DNA of 64,000 nt from Candidatus Velthaea sp. GTDB lineage: Bacteria > Vulcanimicrobiota > Vulcanimicrobiia > Vulcanimicrobiales > Vulcanimicrobiaceae. The position numbers were made by a program, and so were the translations under genes. Positions 10,585 through 19,849 of the stretch are shown piece after piece. The stretch's first letter is position 1; every line of letters starts with the position of its first letter. The stretch is from NCBI GenBank assembly GCA_050012475.1, contig JBEKHC010000008.1:14387-78386 (forward strand). Reading direction: 5' to 3'. The notes under the pieces were generated by a model that had not been told where the DNA came from, did not search any database, and saw nothing but the letters and a program-made list of their open reading frames with translations.

Positions 10585-11271
10585 ATGTCCGACCGCGTAT
10601 TGATCATTGAAGACGATCCCGAGGCAGCTACCGTCGAGCGAACGCTGCTCGAGAAAGCCGGGTTCGAGACGAAAGTCGCGGCGACGGGAGCGGCGGGTTT
10701 AGAGCTCGAGCCGCAATTCAAGCCGGCGGTTGTCTTGCTTGACGTCGAGTTGCCCGATATCTCGGGGCTCGACGTTTGCACGTCGTTAGCCAATTCCAGC
10801 GACGCGTTCATCCTCATGGTGAGCGCACATTCCAGCGAAGGCGACGTGCTCAAGGGGCTTGGGCTGGGAGCCGACGACTACATTGCCAAACCGTTCTCGG
10901 GCAGCGAACTCGTCGCGCGCATCCAGTCGTTCTTGCGCCGGCGCGAGCGTTCGCACAAGAGCGATAACGACGGCCGGCTCGCAATTGGATCGGCAGCGCT
11001 CGTACGCGATTTCCACACGCTGGAAAACGGCGGCAAGGGCGTCACGCTTACTGCACTCGAGTTTCGCTTGCTTTGGTTTTTGGGAGAAGCGGAAGGCAAG
11101 CTTCTCACCCGGGCGCAGATTCTCGAACGGGTTTGGAACGACGTCTCCGGCGTCCCGACGCGCGTTGTCGACGTTCACGTGGCGGCACTGCGAAAGAAGC
11201 TGGCTGAAGTCGATGCCGTGCTGCAGATATCGAGCGTGCGCGGAATCGGCTACCGACTCGACACGAAATGA
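10585..11271 (+). CDS. OmpR/PhoB-family response regulator (no adjacent kinase)
   Basis: IIEDD, LLDVELP, GADDYIAKPF, VDVHVAALRKKL, VRGIGY. Confidence 0.93.
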   Translation: MSDRVLIIEDDPEAATVERTLLEKAGFETKVAATGAAGLELEPQFKPAVVLLDVELPDISGLDVCTSLANSSDAFILMVSAHSSEGDVLKGLGLGADDYIAKPFSGSELVARIQSFLRRRERSHKSDNDGRLAIGSAALVRDFHTLENGGKGVTLTALEFRLLWFLGEAEGKLLTRAQILERVWNDVSGVPTRVVDVHVAALRKKLAEVDAVLQISSVRGIGYRLDTK

Positions 11272-12761
11272 ATCCGCCGATCGCGCTTGATCCGCGCGAC
11301 CGGCGTCCGCTCTACGTGCAAATCGCCGACGCGATCGTCGCCGCGATCGAGCGCGGCGCGTTGGCTCCCGACGAGCGTCTTCCGGCGATGCGGCCGCTGG
11401 CGCGCCAGCTCGGCTGCGCGCTCATCACGGTATCGCAAGCCTACGAAATGCTGGCGGCACGCGGACGCATCGTTTCGCGCGTCGGACGCGGCACGTTCGT
11501 CGCGGAGCAGCCGGTTTCCAATGGCGAAGCGCCGTTCGCGCGAAAATGGGAGCCCGATCTCGGCCGGTTAGCCCGTGCCGAACGAATCGAAGGCGTGCTC
11601 GACCGGCTCGCGCGTGCGAGCGCGCCCGGCGCGATTTCGCTGGCCACGGGTCATCCGGCTCCGGAAACGTTTCCGCTTGCCGATTTCAGCCGCGCGATGC
11701 AGCGCACGCTGTCCGACGATCCGCCCGAAGCGATGCAATACCGCGCTCATACCGGCGATCCCGATCTGTGCGCGGCGCTGGCAGCGGGCTTGTGCGCGCG
11801 CGGTTGCGATGCTTCCCGGGGCGACATCATCGTGAGCTCCGGAGCGCAGCAGGCGGCCGACCTCATCGCCAGCGTGTTGCTCACGCAACGCGCCGTCGTT
11901 GCCGCCGAAGCGCCGACCTATCCGGGCACGCTCGGTGTGTTCGATGCGCGCGGCGCAACGTACGTCGAAGTCCAGAGCGATACCGAAGGCGTGCGGGTCG
12001 ACGACGTCGAGCGGGTTTTCGGCGAATACCGTCCGCGCCTGTTTTATATCGCGCCGATCGCGCAAAATCCGACCGGTGCGGTGTTGCCCGCACGGCGAGC
12101 CAAAGCAATCGTGGCACTCGCGCGGCGGTACGACGTCGTGATTCTCGAAGATCAGACGGGTTGGAATTTTACCTACGACGGCGCGGCGCCCGCGCCGCTT
12201 GCCGCGTACGACGACGACGGTCGCGTCGTGTTGATGGAGAGTCTCTCGAAGTCGATTTTTCCGGCGTTGCGGATCGGCTATTTGCTGGTCAAGGGCGGGA
12301 TGCGCGACTCGATCGAGGCGGCAAAAATACGCACCGACAGTTTTACGTCGACGCTCACCCAGCGCGCGTTGTGGCGCTTTCTCGAATCCCCGGCATATGC
12401 GCGTCATCTCAAGTCGACGCGGGCGTTGTATCGGCGGCGGCGCGACAACTTCGTCGACTTGCTCACTCGGGCATTGCCCTGGGCAACCATCCAGCCGCCG
12501 CAAGCCGGGACCAACCTTTGGCTGCCGCTGCCGCCGCGCATCTCGACGCAGGCCGCTTTTGACATGTGCGCGCGCGAAGGTGTGTTGGTCATGCCCGCCG
12601 AGCCCTATTATCCCACCCGCAACGGGCCGCCCGCGCTGCGGTTGTCGTTCGGAGATTTGAATGAAGCGGCGATGGAGACCGGCGTCGCGCGGCTTGCACG
12701 CGCACTCGATCGCCTGCACGCGGCGCCGTTTGCCATCGAGCGCAAGGAACAGCCCGTCTGA
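11268..12761 (+). CDS. MocR/GabR-type GntR regulator with PLP aminotransferase domain
   Basis: PLYVQIADAI wHTH, QNPTG, SLSKSIFPALRIG PLP lysine. Confidence 0.92.
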   Translation: MNPPIALDPRDRRPLYVQIADAIVAAIERGALAPDERLPAMRPLARQLGCALITVSQAYEMLAARGRIVSRVGRGTFVAEQPVSNGEAPFARKWEPDLGRLARAERIEGVLDRLARASAPGAISLATGHPAPETFPLADFSRAMQRTLSDDPPEAMQYRAHTGDPDLCAALAAGLCARGCDASRGDIIVSSGAQQAADLIASVLLTQRAVVAAEAPTYPGTLGVFDARGATYVEVQSDTEGVRVDDVERVFGEYRPRLFYIAPIAQNPTGAVLPARRAKAIVALARRYDVVILEDQTGWNFTYDGAAPAPLAAYDDDGRVVLMESLSKSIFPALRIGYLLVKGGMRDSIEAAKIRTDSFTSTLTQRALWRFLESPAYARHLKSTRALYRRRRDNFVDLLTRALPWATIQPPQAGTNLWLPLPPRISTQAAFDMCAREGVLVMPAEPYYPTRNGPPALRLSFGDLNEAAMETGVARLARALDRLHAAPFAIERKEQPV

Positions 12762-12763
12762 AG

Positions 12764-15292
12764 ATGACGCGCGCCCGTTGCAGATGGGCCTCGCTGCTCG
12801 TTGCGGCAGTGCTGATATGCTTGCCATTCGCGGCCGATGCCGCCGCCGTGTATTACGCGGCTCCGGCCGGCGACCTGCCGGCCGCGCACCTGCGCAATGC
12901 GACCTTCGACGCCGTGCTGCCGTCCGGACGCATCGTCACGCCGCTGGGCACCAGCGTTGTCACTGGGATGAAGGCGTTGAGCGTTGCGCTGTCGCCCGAC
13001 GGCCGTTTTGCCGTCGTGAGCAACGCCGACCCGCGCGGCGCCGGCGCGCCCAGCGCGGTCGACGCGCACATCTTCGGCGGTTATTCGCTGACCGTCGTCG
13101 ACACGTCGACGATGCAGGTGACCGATCGCGTCGCGCTGCCCGGCGAAACGTATTTTGCCGGCATTGCGGCGGTTCACGATCCGCGCGAGGCGCGGCGCAG
13201 TTTGATCTTCGTGGCCGGCGGCGCAAGCGATGCGGTCTACGTTTTCGATCTCGGCGCGGACGGCCGGCTCACGCCCGACGCGGTGCACGTGGTGGCGATT
13301 GCCGGCCCGCTCGACGCCGCACTCGGCGACTTCCGCCGAAGCGGCCCGGCAACGCTGATCGCGGCGGCTGACGGGCGGCACGTCTACGTCGTCAACGAAA
13401 TCGGCGACAGCGTTACGGCGATCGACACGTCGGCGCGTGCGGTGAACAGTCCGAGCCGTCCGGTCGGCTTTTTTCCGTTCGGCGCGGCCCTCGCGGGCGA
13501 CCGTCTGTGGATTGCCAACGAGGGTCTCATGCAATCCTTGCGCGTGACCGATCCGCCCTTGGCACCGCCCTTCATGCCGACGCCCGACGATCCGCTGCAT
13601 GCCTCGTCGCTTGCGTGGCTCGACCTCACGCCGCGCGGCGACCTGCGCGCGGGCGGAAGTTCCGACGCGACGGCGTTGGCGTTGGATCCCGTGCCGGACG
13701 GCCGGACGATCGTCGGCGGCGCGCATCCGTCGGCGGTTGCGGTCACCGCGGACGGCGCGTATGCGTTCGTTGCAATGGCGAACGTCGACCGCATCGCCAC
13801 GATCGCCTTGGGCGAAGCGCCGCAGGCGGTCGGGGGCACCGAGTTGCGATTGTTCGACCGCGGCCCCTACGGCACGCAGCCGGTGGCGCTCGCTCTGTCA
13901 CACGACGGCGCGCGGCTGTACGTCGCACTCGCGGGGCTCAATGCCGTCGCGGTGCTCGATGCGCGCGATCCGATCCATTTGCACCGGCTGGGCTTGCTTC
14001 CGACGGGGTGGTTTCCCACGTCATTGGCGCTCTCGGCGGACGATCGCACGCTGTATGTCGTCAATACGAAAGGCTTCGGACACGATAGCGGCTTTGCGGC
14101 GGATCCCGCGGGCGCGTCGGATGTATCGACGATTTGGTCGACGCTGCAAAAGATCGATGTCGCGTCGGCGACGCTGGCCGACACAACGCTCGCCGCGCTC
14201 AAGAATGCGCGCGAAGTCCGCCCGGCGGCGCCGCAGTATCCGCGCGCGCTGCACGACGTCGTGGTCCTCATCGAAGAGAAGAAATCGTTCGATGCGATGT
14301 TGGGCGATCTGGGGTACGGGCCAGCCGATTCGACCGACGTGCGCTTCGGCGCCGCGGTCACGCCGAATCTGCACGCGCTCGCGCACCGCTACGCGCTGGC
14401 CGGCAACTTTTTCGCCGACGCGGACGAAAGCGACGTCGCCCATCAGTTTCTTGCCGGCGGAACGGCGGCGGCGTTCTCCGAACGCACGCTCGCGGGCGAA
14501 AATCCGCAGGACTATCCGCGCGCCGGATACATCTTCAACAGCCTCGACCGGCATCACCTCAGCTTCCGCGACTACGGCGACCTCGTCCGCACCACGGGTT
14601 ACGACAACGGCGGGGCGGCCGATCCCGCCGTCGACGATCCCGCGTTCGCCGGAATCGACGACGTCGCCGCAGCGACGCATGGACTGGGCGGCCGCTACAC
14701 GACGAACGTTCCGGCGCCCGCAGTTCTCGCCGGCCATGTCGATCTCGACTACCCGGGCTGGAATCTGCGCATTCGCGACGAACGCCGGGCGCGCGAGTTC
14801 GTTCGCGACTACGCGCTGCTCGTGCAGACCGGAGCCCAACCGCGGTATACGCACATCTGGTTGCCCGGCGATGCGACGGGCACGGGTCCCGACATCCCGA
14901 TCGTCGAGGAAGAAGTCGCCGACGGCGACCGCGCGCTGGGCACGATCGTCCAGTACCTGAGCCGATTGCCGGCCTGGCGGCACATGGCGATTTTCATCGT
15001 CGCCGCCGATGCGCAGGGCTCGCGCGACCACGTCGATGCCGATCGCTGCTATGCCCTCGTAGTTTCGCCATACGCCAAACGGCACTATCTCGGGATGCGC
15101 CACCTGTCGACCGTCAGCGTGCTCAAGACGGCCGAGCAGATCCTCGGTCTCCCGCCCTTGGCTTTGGGCGATTTGCTGGCCACGGACATGAGCGACTTCT
15201 TCACCTCGCACCCCGATATGCGAAGCTTTCGCGCGATTCGCGGTCGCTTGCTCTCGGCCGGCGGACCGCGCCAACCGGAACCTTCGCCCTAA
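12764..15292 (+). CDS. Secreted YncE/YVTN beta-propeller + phosphoesterase-like fusion (motifs degenerate)
   Basis: Signal peptide, propeller repeats (LSPDGRFAVV, PTGWFP), TPNLHALA..GNFF, DHVD. Confidence 0.8.
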   Translation: MTRARCRWASLLVAAVLICLPFAADAAAVYYAAPAGDLPAAHLRNATFDAVLPSGRIVTPLGTSVVTGMKALSVALSPDGRFAVVSNADPRGAGAPSAVDAHIFGGYSLTVVDTSTMQVTDRVALPGETYFAGIAAVHDPREARRSLIFVAGGASDAVYVFDLGADGRLTPDAVHVVAIAGPLDAALGDFRRSGPATLIAAADGRHVYVVNEIGDSVTAIDTSARAVNSPSRPVGFFPFGAALAGDRLWIANEGLMQSLRVTDPPLAPPFMPTPDDPLHASSLAWLDLTPRGDLRAGGSSDATALALDPVPDGRTIVGGAHPSAVAVTADGAYAFVAMANVDRIATIALGEAPQAVGGTELRLFDRGPYGTQPVALALSHDGARLYVALAGLNAVAVLDARDPIHLHRLGLLPTGWFPTSLALSADDRTLYVVNTKGFGHDSGFAADPAGASDVSTIWSTLQKIDVASATLADTTLAALKNAREVRPAAPQYPRALHDVVVLIEEKKSFDAMLGDLGYGPADSTDVRFGAAVTPNLHALAHRYALAGNFFADADESDVAHQFLAGGTAAAFSERTLAGENPQDYPRAGYIFNSLDRHHLSFRDYGDLVRTTGYDNGGAADPAVDDPAFAGIDDVAAATHGLGGRYTTNVPAPAVLAGHVDLDYPGWNLRIRDERRAREFVRDYALLVQTGAQPRYTHIWLPGDATGTGPDIPIVEEEVADGDRALGTIVQYLSRLPAWRHMAIFIVAADAQGSRDHVDADRCYALVVSPYAKRHYLGMRHLSTVSVLKTAEQILGLPPLALGDLLATDMSDFFTSHPDMRSFRAIRGRLLSAGGPRQPEPSP

Positions 15293-15334
15293 CGACGAAC
15301 CACACACCAAAACGCTCCTGCTCCGACCGAACGA

Positions 15335-16192
15335 ATGGAACCCGTGACGCCTAAGCTCTTTGACGCACCATTTGTTAGCCACGACGCCGGCGTTCTCGCC
15401 GGCGCCGTCATGTTACGTCCGTCGACTCGGGTCGACCGGCTCGTGCCGATCCAGGGTGAGCCCAGCCCAATCGGCGAGCGCGCGATCGAGCAGCACGCGA
15501 TCTTGGTCCGTACGCTGCGGGATCGCGGGGTGGCGGTGACCGTCCTGGAACCGGTGCTGGAATCGCCGGGCGAATCGCTCGTCGGCGATCTGGCGATCGT
15601 TCTGCCGCAAGGAGCGATCCTTACGCGCCCAGCACCGGTCGAACGCCGAGCGGAAACGGCGGCCCTCGAAAGCGCGCTCGGTCAGCTCGGAATCCCGGTC
15701 GTGGGACGGATCACCGCACCCGGATTGCTCGATGCCGGCGACATCGCCGTCGGCGGCGAAACCCTGTATGTCGGCGTGCCGCGCGCGGGCGCCGGCTTAC
15801 GGGCTCGCTCGAATGCCTTCGGGCGCTCGCAATTGGGCGCACTGGCCGCGGCGCAAGGACTGCGCATGCTCGAAATCGCGCTGGCGCCGGCCGTCTTGCG
15901 GCTGCGCAACGTGTTCGGCTTCGTTGCGCGCGACACGGTCGTCGTCGCACCAGGGCGCGTCGATACGAGCGCGCTGGCCGGGCTGCAGCTCATCGAACTG
16001 CCGCTGGGCGAAGAATACGCCGCAGGGATCCTGGCACTGGGCGAGCGGCGCGTGATTGCGAACTTGCGTTTTCGGGAAAGCCTCGCGCAGTTGCGGAAAG
16101 CGAAAATCGGAGTCGAAGCGATCGACCTATGGGAGTTCGGAAAAGCCGGCGCGGGCCCGTTTTCGCTCGTGCTGGCAACGAAACGGCGCTAG
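15335..16192 (+). CDS. Amidinotransferase/DDAH-fold protein lacking catalytic Cys/His
   Basis: AIEQHAILVRTLR..GVAV, RRAE, LDAGD, EFGKAGAG. Confidence 0.75.
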   Translation: MEPVTPKLFDAPFVSHDAGVLAGAVMLRPSTRVDRLVPIQGEPSPIGERAIEQHAILVRTLRDRGVAVTVLEPVLESPGESLVGDLAIVLPQGAILTRPAPVERRAETAALESALGQLGIPVVGRITAPGLLDAGDIAVGGETLYVGVPRAGAGLRARSNAFGRSQLGALAAAQGLRMLEIALAPAVLRLRNVFGFVARDTVVVAPGRVDTSALAGLQLIELPLGEEYAAGILALGERRVIANLRFRESLAQLRKAKIGVEAIDLWEFGKAGAGPFSLVLATKRR

Positions 16193-16255
16193 TGCGCCTC
16201 GCCATTCGCCCGGCGCAACCCGGCCGCGCCGCGGCCCGCAGGACAACGTAGCCCG

Positions 16256-16975
16256 TTGCGCATTGCGATCGTTTCCGATATCCACGGAAATATCGTCGGT
16301 CTGGATGCTTGCCTCGCGGACCTCGCGGATCAAGGCGGCGCCGATCATGTCGTCGCCGCCGGTGATTTGTGCATGGACGGGCCGAAGCCCAAGGCGGTGC
16401 TCAAACGGCTCGAGCGCATCGGCGCGCACTGCGTGCGCGGCAATACCGACCGCTATATCGCCGAAGGCGACGACGATCCGCGGGACACGTCGATGATCCG
16501 CTGGCAGCGCGAGCAAATCGGCGCCGAGTGGACGCGCCGGCTGGGTGAGTTGCCGACGCAATTGCGTTTCGGGCCGGCGGACAACGCGTTGCTCGTCACC
16601 CACGCCAATCCCAAGAACGACGAAGAACACGTGTGGCCCGACGCTGCCGACGAGCAACTCGAGCGGCTATTCGGCGATGTCGGCGCGCAGGTCTTCGCCT
16701 TCGGTCACTTGCACGTTCCCTACGCGCGGATGTGGCGTAACAAACTGTTGGCCTGCGTGGCTTCGGCGGGGCTGCCCAAAGACGGCGATCCACGAGCGCA
16801 CTACGCGATCTTCACGCTGCGCTCGGGCGGCTGGCAACATAAGTCGCGCCGGGTTGCTTTCGACGTCGATAAAGTCGCCCGCCAACTCGTGCGGAGCGGC
16901 ATTCCGAACGTCGAACGCTGCCTGAACGTGCTTCGGCGTCACCGGTACAAGGCGATCGCGCGCGTCATACCGTGA
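16256..16975 (+). CDS. YfcE-like metallophosphoesterase
   Basis: SDIHGN, AGD, RGNTD, THA, GHLH; TTG start. Confidence 0.9.
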   Translation: MRIAIVSDIHGNIVGLDACLADLADQGGADHVVAAGDLCMDGPKPKAVLKRLERIGAHCVRGNTDRYIAEGDDDPRDTSMIRWQREQIGAEWTRRLGELPTQLRFGPADNALLVTHANPKNDEEHVWPDAADEQLERLFGDVGAQVFAFGHLHVPYARMWRNKLLACVASAGLPKDGDPRAHYAIFTLRSGGWQHKSRRVAFDVDKVARQLVRSGIPNVERCLNVLRRHRYKAIARVIP

Positions 16976-17691
16976 CGGCGCCGGCGATTCGTATCGAGCG
17001 GCTGGTCAAACGATACGGCGATTTCACGGCCGTCGACGTCATCTCATTCGACGTGGAAGAAGGGACATTTTTCGGTCTGCTCGGACCCAACGGCGCGGGG
17101 AAGACGACGACGATCAACGCCATCGTCGGTCTGACGTCGATAACCTCGGGCTCGATCGCTCTGTTCGGGCACGATGTCGTACGCGATTGGCGCGCGGCCC
17201 GCGTAACGGTGGGCTTGGCACCCCAAGAGTATAATTTCGACCGCTATCTCAATATCCGCGACGTGCTCATCTATCAGGCGGGGTACTACGGCTTCGCCGG
17301 ACCGGCCGTGCGCCAGCGCGCCGACGAGCTGCTCGAACGTTTCGATCTCACCAGCAAGGCCAAGCAGGTCTACATGCGGCTCTCGGGCGGGATGAAGCGC
17401 CGGCTGACGCTGGCGCGCGCGCTCATCCATCAACCGCGGCTGCTGATCCTGGACGAGCCGACGGCCGGCGTCGACGTGGAGCTGCGGCTGGAATTGTGGG
17501 CTTTTTTGCGCGAACTCAACGCCGGCGGGACGACCATCGTCCTGACCACGCACTACCTCGAGGAAGCGCAAGAACTGTGCGACCGGATCGGGATCATCGA
17601 GACCGGCAAGCTCGTCGCGCTGGAATCGACGAGCGTGCTGATCGGGAATCGCAGCCTGCAAGACGTGTTCTTGGAGCTGACCCGCCGATGA
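16972..17691 (+). CDS. ABC-2 transporter ATP-binding protein (YadG-like)
   Basis: GPNGAGKTT, LSGGMKRR, LILDEPTAGVD, TTHY. Confidence 0.93.
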   Translation: MTAPAIRIERLVKRYGDFTAVDVISFDVEEGTFFGLLGPNGAGKTTTINAIVGLTSITSGSIALFGHDVVRDWRAARVTVGLAPQEYNFDRYLNIRDVLIYQAGYYGFAGPAVRQRADELLERFDLTSKAKQVYMRLSGGMKRRLTLARALIHQPRLLILDEPTAGVDVELRLELWAFLRELNAGGTTIVLTTHYLEEAQELCDRIGIIETGKLVALESTSVLIGNRSLQDVFLELTRR

Positions 17692-18449
17692 ACTGGATCG
17701 GCTTGCAGACGCTCATCAAGCGCGAAATCGTGCGCACGTTCTCGATCATCAATCAGGTGATCTGGCCGCCGGTGATCACGACGCTGCTCTACGTTTTCGT
17801 TTTCGGCTTGGCGCTGGGCAGCCGAATCAAGCAGATTCAAGGCGTGCCGTACGCGACGTTCCTCATTCCTGGACTCATCATGTTGCAGGTGATCGACGGA
17901 GCGTACGGCGAGAGTTCGAGCTCGGTCTTTCAAGGCCGGTTCATGCAATCGATTCAGGAACTGCTGATCGCCCCGTTGTCCGCGCTCGAGATCGTCGGCG
18001 GCTACGTGGTCTCCGGGGTGCTGCGCGCGCTGTTCATCGCTGCGCTCATCACCGTGCTGGGCATCGTCCTCGTGCACACCGCGCCGATCAATTGGGGACT
18101 CTATCTGCTCGTGCTCGTGCTCGTGGCGATCCTGTTTTCAGCGTTGGGCATCATCTTCGGGCTGCTGGCGGAAAAATTCGATCACATCGCGACGCTGACG
18201 ACGTTCGCGATCACGCCGCTGGTTTTTGTCGGCGGCGTGTTCACGTCGATCGCGTTTCTGCCGCCGCTTTTTCAGCGGATTTCGCTCTTCAACCCGATGT
18301 TTCATATGATCGATGCGTTCCGGTTCAGTTACACCGGCCGCGGCGACGTGCCGCTGGCGCTCTCGCTGAGCGTCGTCGCGGCGCTGGCTGCCGTTTCGCT
18401 CGGTATCGCGTTCACGATGGCCGCGCGCGGCTACAAACTGCGCACCTAG
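17688..18449 (+). CDS. ABC-2 transporter permease (YadH-like)
   Basis: MNWIGLQTLIKREI, FLIPGLIM, GGVF, NPMFHMIDAFR; ATGA overlap. Confidence 0.92.
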   Translation: MNWIGLQTLIKREIVRTFSIINQVIWPPVITTLLYVFVFGLALGSRIKQIQGVPYATFLIPGLIMLQVIDGAYGESSSSVFQGRFMQSIQELLIAPLSALEIVGGYVVSGVLRALFIAALITVLGIVLVHTAPINWGLYLLVLVLVAILFSALGIIFGLLAEKFDHIATLTTFAITPLVFVGGVFTSIAFLPPLFQRISLFNPMFHMIDAFRFSYTGRGDVPLALSLSVVAALAAVSLGIAFTMAARGYKLRT

Positions 18450-18450
18450 T

Positions 18451-18469
18451 GGATCGACTTCGTCGATCC
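18451..18469 (+). terminator. Hairpin just after permease stop
   Basis: GGATCGAC-TTC-GTCGATCC perfect 8-bp stem. Confidence 0.55.
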
Positions 18470-18720
18470 TTCGCGTTCGAGCTTCGCTCGAGCCGGGGCG
18501 GCCCTTGGTCACCGCTGCCGAGCATCCGTTTGTACTGTCGCTCGGTCGCTCTCCAGAAAAACACAAAGCAACATCGGCCGAACATGCGTTTAAGCAGCCG
18601 TTCGCAGACTTCTTTTTGGGATCGAGACTGTTTGCGCAACTAATTTACAAACGCCAATCTTTTAAAAATTGCGACGTCTTTCCCAAGGCGATTCGAGCGA
18701 CACGGTAAAACAACGACTGC

Positions 18721-18999
18721 GTGCCGAGTATAGAACGTATCGCCGCCGAGATCGAGAAGTTCGAGGGCTTCGCCGTCCGCATCCGGCCGGCAGCCAAAAC
18801 GCAGCCTGCAAAGAAGAACCTGCGGAGCTATGCTCGCAGCCACGAGCGTATCGCGCGCGAGTCGTTCAGCGTGGCGGACTGGAAGCGCAGGCGCTTCGAT
18901 GCGGTCTATCCCGAATACGAAGTCGACGTCCTGTTCGGCGATGGCCGAACGGCGGCTCCGCGCACGCTGCTCTCGAAGATTCGCGCGTCGTACGAGTAA
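18721..18999 (+). CDS. Small basic hypothetical protein (92 aa)
   Basis: Protein-like ORF (EKFEGF..WKRRRFDAVYPEYEVDVLFGDG..IRASYE) after an AT-rich promoter-like region. Confidence 0.7.
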   Translation: MPSIERIAAEIEKFEGFAVRIRPAAKTQPAKKNLRSYARSHERIARESFSVADWKRRRFDAVYPEYEVDVLFGDGRTAAPRTLLSKIRASYE

Positions 19000-19020
19000 T
19001 ACCAAAGTTTCGGGCGCACG

Positions 19021-19839
19021 TTAAAAGAACGGATTGTGGGCTTTTTCCTCGGCGATCGTTGAGGGCGGTCCGTGGCCAGGCATGAGCACCGTTGCGTCGT
19101 CGAGCGTGAAAAGCTTGAATGTGACGCTGTCCAAAATGTCGGCGTAGGTCGATATGTCGCCGTACGCGCCGCCGACACTGCCGGCGAAGAGCGTATCGCC
19201 GGTAAAGAGCGTCGAGCGGAACAAGAAACATGAGCTGCCGTCCGTGTGACCGGGCGTGTGCAGCATGCGAATCGTGGCGGCGTCCCCGAACGGGAGTTCG
19301 TCGCCGTCGACGATCGGCAGCGCGCGTTTGGCTAGGCCGCCGATGGCGGGCGCATCCGACGCATGCATGACGATCTCTGCGTCGGGATAGGCTAACGCGA
19401 CGTCGGCGGTGGCGTCGCAGTGATCCGCATGTTTGTGGGTGATCAAAATATAACGCAGCGTATACGGCCCGGCTGCCACGGCGCGCAACAGCGGAGCGGG
19501 CAAGCCGGCGGGATCGATGAGGGCCGCCGTTTTGCCGTCGTCCAGAAAGAAGAGATAGCCGTTGGACGGGTGCGGATCGTGCGGATGATGGCGCACGTTC
19601 GGCGGTAATGCGATCTGCGGTTCCCATGCTCCCGCAGCCCGGTCGGCGAGCTTGCCGGGGTCCAAACGCAGCGGAACGGCCAGTGCTCGCGCTTGGTCGG
19701 CCGACGGAACGCCCGCGCCGCTGAGCCAGGCTTCGATCGCTGCGGCGTCGATGCCCGTAATGTGGGCGAGCGCCGGTGTTGCGATGTGCATCCCGCGCTG
19801 CGCTTTGCGCAAGACGTCGGAAAAATCGTCTTCGAGCAT
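19021..19839 (-). CDS. MBL-fold metallo-hydrolase with N-terminal HTH-like domain
   Basis: THKHADH, HTPGHT, FTGDTLF, PGHG; start MLEDDFSD. Confidence 0.9.
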   Translation of the reverse strand: MLEDDFSDVLRKAQRGMHIATPALAHITGIDAAAIEAWLSGAGVPSADQARALAVPLRLDPGKLADRAAGAWEPQIALPPNVRHHPHDPHPSNGYLFFLDDGKTAALIDPAGLPAPLLRAVAAGPYTLRYILITHKHADHCDATADVALAYPDAEIVMHASDAPAIGGLAKRALPIVDGDELPFGDAATIRMLHTPGHTDGSSCFLFRSTLFTGDTLFAGSVGGAYGDISTYADILDSVTFKLFTLDDATVLMPGHGPPSTIAEEKAHNPFF

Positions 19840-19849
19840 GTCCGCGGAC

